64,000 bases of DNA from Octopus vulgaris. Its lineage: Eukaryota. The translations under genes were made by a program, and so were the position numbers. This document shows positions 56,173 to 64,000 of the stretch, piece after piece. The first letter of the stretch is position 1; each line of letters starts with the position of its first letter. The notes under the pieces are model-generated. The model had not been told where the DNA came from. It saw nothing but the letters and a program-made list of their open reading frames with translations, and did no database searches. The stretch covers positions 2,170,001 to 2,234,000 of the forward strand of contig OX597826.1 of assembly GCA_951406725.2 (NCBI GenBank), read 5' to 3'.

Positions 56173-56933
56173 AAAGAAGACGTTGGACGAAATCCAATGG
56201 CTTCTGGAACAACACAGTTGAACGCATCTCTTATTGCAGCTCAGGAAATATTAAAATCATGTCTAATAGGAAGGGAAACAGTTCACTCGCACAACGATAT
56301 TCTGCTCCACAACTCCAAATTACTGCCGACGTGAGGTTCTTTTTTCACAGCTCAAAAGTATAACAATTCAAAAGTACATTTTAGCAGAATTTGATATTGA
56401 AACAAACATATCTGAAGTCACTTTTGGCTATGTTGACCATATTAGTTTTTCTTATAAAAATCAAGGAATATTTATTGACGCCCAATGCCGAGAACTAATA
56501 TATATTTTAGAATGTGACTCCATTCAGAAAAGATGCCTTTTAGTTTGATGTTCTGTCTGGGTTTTATCTGATGCTATTTACCAAACATAAAGTTTAATCA
56601 GGCACTCTTTGAAATTTTATTAAGCTGGCTATATAAATACACGCAATATATGTATATATATAATGTTACTTAGGTTTATCAGAAAATCTAACGGTATGTC
56701 AGAATCAGATAGTATCTACATGTGTTTAGCAAAATGAAATTGCAAAATCAATGATATGTCTATTGTTTCAGGTATCGCTATATACATACAAACTTATTGG
56801 CTGCTTTAAATAATTGATGAATAAGTCAGAAGAAAGAATGATTCTAACGTCTTAATGTTTAGCTTAATCGTGAAATTCTATTAGAGTTTTATATTTTCTT
56901 ACCCTTTTTCGACAATCACAAACACACACATAT

Positions 56934-56972
<39 letters not shown>

Positions 56973-56988
56973 GTATATATGTGTATGC

Positions 56989-57019
<31 letters not shown>

Positions 57020-57051
57020 CATACATACATATATATGTGCATGTGTATATA

Positions 57052-57113
<62 letters not shown>

Positions 57114-58539
57114 CGTGCATATATATATATATCTTTATATATATACATATGTATATGTATATATGTATTTATATATATATATATATATAGATGTATAAAT
57201 ATATGAGTATACATATATAAATATATATATATATATATATATGTATATACGTATATATATGTATATATATGTGTGTGTATATGCATTTACGTATATATAT
57301 GTATCTGTGTGTATATGTAATTAAGTCAAAATTAATGTTTCATGCGAATATTTACAATTTGTTTTTATGCAGCGAGAAGAGATTTTCTTTTATGTCCAAC
57401 TCGTGACAATAACAGCAAAGGAAGCACTTTTCAATTCTCTTGAAATCAATGTCTTTCATTTCGTATTATGTTAAAGAAAAAAATTAATTTAACTTTTTAA
57501 TTGCTAAACCTGTCACATATTCGTTGAAAGAAATCTTACAGCAATATCATAAAGTTACATAATATATAAGGTCAGCTTGTACGTTAGATAGAGTTTTATG
57601 GCATCAATATATAGTTTATGGCCTGGTGGCAGTCTCTTATTATATGTTTTAGCACGAACATAATTTATGTTGGACAGGGAATTACTAGACAGACTTGTAA
57701 AGATTTATTTAACCGTTAGATTAGAAAGCGTCAGATTTTTCTGGCAGTAAAAGACAAGCTTTATAACGAAAAACGAAACTTCCGTGAGAACTTCTGTTAC
57801 TGAATAGAATACCTGTTTCTCTGCTCATAAAATCAGCGAGTAGATTAATGAAATTTGCTTGATTTGATGACGCTACAAGAAGGAACATTTTCCTTCAGAC
57901 TCCAGAAATACTACGCTTACTGTTTTGCAACTCGTGTATCCGTATAAACACATTAGGAAAACGTGAATCTTGAATTATTTTATAATCGGCTTTACAGCTT
58001 TGTTATTTAAAAAAAAACAAGCGAATTGCAAACTATCTGTCAGATTCCAGTAAAGCAATCCTCAAAGTCAACGTCCTTTCCAAACAGCATATTGCTTGAC
58101 ATTTCTAGATCTGCAAAAATATAGCTTTTCATATAATGTTAATTCTTATCGCTGATATGAAGATTTCCTCGGACAGATTTTAAATAGAATAAAAACTTGA
58201 AATCCAATATTATCTTCACACACCAAACTATTTAACTTGGCAAGTTCTGTAAACTATTCGACTAAAATTATGTAAACTGTTTTTCCGATGGCAAAATATA
58301 CTTTTAAATGATCGCATATTTTAGTTGGGTCACGGTGTGAGGAAATGACATCATTGTTTGTTTTGAGGGGAATAGATTTTCGGGGATTATTTGTGTGAAA
58401 TTTAGGGTAGCATTGAAAACAGAATTCTTTAGTTGCGAAAGAAATTTAGAAACAGTTCAGAAACGTTTGTATTTATCCAGATTTTCGCATTGTAATATAC
58501 CATCAGACCCTCCACAACGAATATGAAAAGACAGGTTAA

Positions 58540-59035
58540 TATTGCTGGCAGGAGGCTGAGTAAGAATTAAAGGCGCTGGCACGGTAATGCGCCAGCTCCA
58601 AGATTTGATCTTCAGAAAAGAAGAGGTTGGCAAAAACCCAAATTCGCTATCTTCAATTCAGTTTTCGTGCCTATCCTCACCTATGGTCATGAATGTTGGG
58701 TAATGAATAAAAGGGTGGGCTCTGGAGTAACGTTACTCAAGAGGCTGTGTCACTTAGAGATCAGGACGTATCGCCATATCGAACTATTACTTCTCTAAAT
58801 TGGTTGTATGGATATGTGATTAGAATGCCAAAGGAAAGAATCGCAAAACTCTTTAAGTCGAGCCGACCGGAAGGAAATCGAGATGTAGAACAAAAACTAG
58901 AAGGTCGCACGCTCTTCTAGGAGTCTATCCAGGAAGTCTAATGACGTTTGCTTCTAATAAGATCCTATTAAGGCGGTGTATTACAACTCTTCCCCAACGG
59001 CCCTCTGAGGAGCAGTGGGCGTAGAACATGGATGC
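58540..59035 (+). pseudogene. RTE-clade LINE 3' remnant
   Basis: KPKFAIFNSVFVPILTYGHECWVMNKR...LYGYVIRMPKERIAK resembles the RTE/Expander post-RT region (PxLTYGxExW; WxGHxxRM). Confidence 0.7.
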
Positions 59036-59060
59036 ATAGTACAAAATGTTATCAATCAAT

Positions 59061-59132
<72 letters not shown>

Positions 59133-59197
59133 ATATGTATATATATGATTTATATATATGTATATATGGATATATATGTATTATATATATGTATATA

Positions 59198-59234
<37 letters not shown>

Positions 59235-59409
59235 ATAATAAATATTAGGGAATGAATCCAAAATTACAGGGAAAAATCAGATTTAGGGTTAAATCCAATT
59301 TTATAGTAAAATATTATATAATATAATTCGAGATAAAACCACTATTTTAAAACCAAACAAGGAAAGACTTAATCAATACATAAAATTTTAATATAAATTA
59401 AATAAACCG

Positions 59410-59453
59410 CCACTACAAATGTTTCATGTCTGCTACCGACAATCTTCAGGTGG
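59410..59453 (-). ncRNA. Type I hammerhead motif (family H5)
   Basis: Minus strand: ccac CTGAAGA t tgtc ggtagca gaca t GAAAC attt GTA gtgg; all three stems can form. Confidence 0.8.
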
Positions 59454-60069
59454 ATTTTCGATCTAAAAATATCAATATTTTAAAATATAATTTAAAATAA
59501 TTTAAAATAATAAAATAATAAAATTATCAATGAAAGAATATAAAAAAATAAAAATATAATCTATATATAATCTATATATAATCTATATATAATCAATATA
59601 TAATCTAAAATAATCTAAAATAAACCCTATAAACAATTGAATATAAAAACCTATTATAAAAGTTCTCATATTTAAAAATGTACAAAAACCAAAAAACAAC
59701 AAGCAAAAAACAAAAACCAAAAACCAAAAAAACAAAAAACAAAAAACAAAAAACAAAAAATAAACTATATATACACACACATGCTCATACACTCAAGACA
59801 TTACTTATTCATACTTCCTCACACACACATACAACACTCAATTCATAAACAATATACATACACCCGCTCACACATACATATACATACACATACATACAGA
59901 ACACGATATATACCAATATATAAACACCCACACCCATACAGATAAATAAATTACGCAAACAATCACACACACACACACACACATTTTCACACATACATAA
60001 ACACTCAAAAGAAAACCGAACAATTCTTTGCACGTGGATATCAAACGTTTTAAAAAAATTATGAATGGA

Positions 60070-63000
60070 AATGAAATCCATACATACAAGTATAAATATA
60101 ACTATACAACCCCTAACACAATACACACAAATACACACACATATATACACACACCCACAAACATAACCATATACACACTCACACATACATATACATACGT
60201 ACAAGTCTCGATACAAACAAACTTTAATAAAACGACCATGATAAACGAAAACTCATATATATATTAATATATATATAAATAAAAGAGTGTGTACGCGCAG
60301 ACGGGTGCAATCACACGCACATTCAAAACTTACATGTATACAAGTGCATAAATAATCACACCCAATTACATAGCACTCATGCACTCCCACATCTACACTT
60401 ACACTTGTACACTCTCACACATACATACACACCCATACCTACATACAAAAATTCTTATTAAAATAATCATGATAAATAAAATCCATACATACAAGTATAA
60501 ATATAAAGATACAACCCCTTACACAATACACACAAATACACACACATATATACACACACCCACAAACATAACCATATACACACTCACACATACAAATACA
60601 TACGTACAAAACTCGATACAATCAAATACGCACACGCACACACATTCACACATACATAAACATACAAAAGAAAACAACATTTCTACACATAATACGATAT
60701 ATAAAATACTCCATAAGAAATCAGATTATCATAAGTAACAAGATTAACAAAGGAGAAAAATAGACATACCTTCTAATCAGTATCAAATTTTGAAGTGAAT
60801 AACTCTATCCGTTATTACAATAAACAAAAATTACGTTACCATGGAACCGAACATATAAAAATTATCAGCGCTACGTAAAACAGCGTCTTTAAAATTATGA
60901 ATGGAATATAAAATTCTTTGCGCGTAGTAAACAAACGTAAATTAAAAAATTATGAATGGATATACAAAACTTTCTACAAATTCTTTAAAAAACCCATAAA
61001 AAACGAAAACTCATATAGATATTAATATATATATTAAAACAAATGAGTGTGTACACGCAGACGGGTGCAATCACACGGACATTCAAAACTTGCATGTATA
61101 CAAGTGCATAAATAATCACACTCAATTACATAGCACTCATACTCTACCGCATCTATACTTACACTTGTACACACGCACACATACATACACACCCATACGC
61201 ACACATACAAAATACTTATTAAACTAATCATGATAATGAAGTCTATACATACAAATATAAAGATAAAGATAAAACCCCTTTCATACACAATACACACAAA
61301 TACACACACATATATACACACACCCACAAACATAACCATATACACACTCACACATACATATACATACGTACAAACTCGATATATACACTAATATTCATTC
61401 CCACACTCAATAAAATATTAAGTAAATACAAAACAAAGAAATACCAATTAAATACTAACTATAATTAAAGTCTAATCTATATAACTAAAAATATATATAT
61501 GGTACTCTAAACTAAAAACAAATTAATCTAAAGTAACCTTTAATAGGGGGCTATTAATTTTATTAATTTATATATCATTTATGAATTAAATCCATACATA
61601 CAAGTATAAATATAACTATACAACCCCTAACACAATACACACAAATACACACACATATATACACACACCCACAACCATAACCATATACACACTCACACAT
61701 ACATATACATACGTACAAATCTCGATACAAACAAACTTTAATAAAACGACCATGATAAACGAAAACTCATATATATATTAATATATATATAAAGGAGTGT
61801 GTACACGCAGACGGGTGCAATCACACGCACATTCAAAACTTACATGTTTACAAGTGCATAAATAATCACACCCAATTACATAGCACTCATGCACTCCCAC
61901 ATCTACACTTACACTTGTACACACGCACACATACATACACACCCATACCTACATACAAAAATTCTTATTAAAATAATCATGATAAATAAAAACCATACAT
62001 ACAAGTATAAATATAAAGATACAACACCTTACACAATACACACAAATACACACACATATATACACACACCCTCAAACATAACCATATACTCACTCACACA
62101 TACAAATACATACGTACAAAACTCGATACAAGCAAATACGCACACGCACACACATTCACACATACATAAACATACAAAAGAAAAACAACATTTCTACACA
62201 TAATATGAATGGAATATACAAAACTTTCTACAAATTCTTTAAAAAAACCATAAAAAACTAAAACTCATATATATATTAATATATATATAAAAATGAGTGT
62301 GTACATGCAGACGGGGGCAATCACACGGACATTCAAAACTTGCATGTATACAATTGCATAAATAATCACACTCAATTACATAGCACTCATACTCTACCGC
62401 ATCTATACTTACACTTGTACACACGCACACATACATACACACCCATACGCACACATACAAAATACTTATTAAACTAATCATGATAATGAAGTCTATACAT
62501 ACAAATATAAAGATAAAGATAAAACCCCTTTCATACACAATACACACAAATACACACACATATATACACACACCCACAAACATAACCATATACACACTCA
62601 CACATACATATACATACGTACAAACTCGATATATACACTAATATTCATTCCCACACTCAATAAAATATTAAGTAAATACAAAACAAAGAAATACCAATTA
62701 AATACTAACTATAATTAAAGTCTAATCTATATAACTAAAAATATATATATGGTACTCTAAACTAAAAACAAATTAATCTAAAGTAACCTTTAATAGGGGG
62801 CTATTAATTTTATTAATTTATATATCATTTATGAATTAAATCCATACATACAAGTATAAATATAACTATACAACCCCTAACACAATACACACAAATACAC
62901 ACACATATATACACACACCCACAACCATAACCATATACACACTCACACATACATATACATACGTACAAATCTCGATACAATCAAACTTTAATAAAACGAC

Positions 63001-64000
63001 CATGATAAACGAAAACTCATATATATATTAATATATATATAAAGGAGTGTGTACACGCAGACGGGTGCAATCACACGCACATTCAAAACTTACATGTATA
63101 CAAGTGCATAAATAATCACACCCAATTACATAGCACTCATACACTCCCACATCTACACTTACACTTGTACACACGCACACATACATACACACCTATACCT
63201 ACATACAAAAATTCTTATTAAAATAATCATGATAAATAAAAACCATACATACAAGTATAAATATAAAGATACAACACCTTACACAATACACACAAATACA
63301 CACACATATATACACACACCCTCAAACATAACCATATACTCACTCACACATACAAATACATACGTACAAAACTCGATACAAGCAAATACGCACACGCACA
63401 CACATTCACACATACATAAACATACAAAAGAAAAACAACATTTCTACACATAATATGAATGGAATATACAAAACTTTCTACAAATTCTTTAAAAAAACCA
63501 TAAAAAACGAAAACTCATATAGATATTAATATATATATAAAAATGAGTGTGTACATGCAGACGGGTGCAATCACACGGACATTCAAAACTTGCATGTATA
63601 CAATTGCATAAATAATCACACTCAATTACATAGCACTCATACTCTACCGCATCTATACTTACACTTGTACACACGCACACCTACATACACACCCATACCT
63701 ACATACAAAATACTTATTAAACTAATCATGATAATGAAGTCCATACATACAAATAAAAAGATAAAGATAAAACCCCTTTCATACACAATACACACAAATA
63801 CACACACATATATACACACACCCACAAACATAACCATATACACACTCACACATACATATACCTACGTACAAACTCGATATATACACTAATATTCATTCCC
63901 ACATCCAATAAAATATTAATTAAATACAAAACAAAGAAATACCAATTAAATACTAACTATAATTAAAGCCTAAACTATAAAACTAGAAATATATACATGG
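60070..64000. repeat. Higher-order tandem array, 1250-bp period (500 + 750 subunits), running off the window end
   Basis: acggg.gcaatcacacg at 60301, 61061, 61811, 62311, 63061 and 63561; taatagggggctatt at 61541 and 62791. Confidence 0.95.

Noticed and set aside
59460-64000. Mitochondrial insertion (NUMT), suggested by the A/C skew
   Set aside because: No mitochondrial gene or tRNA is recognisable; the region is a CA-rich tandem array.

Overview
AT-rich, repeat-saturated animal genomic DNA, intronic or intergenic. The SINE families and the microsatellite load look like Octopus; this is my recognition, not a database result. I find no credible protein-coding gene: almost all listed ORFs are translations of microsatellites or SINEs. 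The window holds three tRNA-derived SINE families (A, B, C here), decayed non-LTR retrotransposon fragments (RLE-endonuclease R4/Dong-like and RTE-like), a Tigger-like MITE, compound microsatellite arrays and a 1250-bp higher-order tandem array at the right end. The main signal is a set of minimal type I hammerhead ribozyme (HHR) motifs (CUGANGA...GAAAC...GUH, often with a palindromic stem III). About 11 near-complete motifs and several half motifs fall into at least 6 unrelated non-coding families. They usually sit in inverted or partial tandem pairs, as in Penelope-like pseudo-LTRs and retrozymes. One family joins a Pol III tRNA-like head to the HHR and is flanked by 12-bp target-site duplications. 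All folds were paired by eye and none has been tested.
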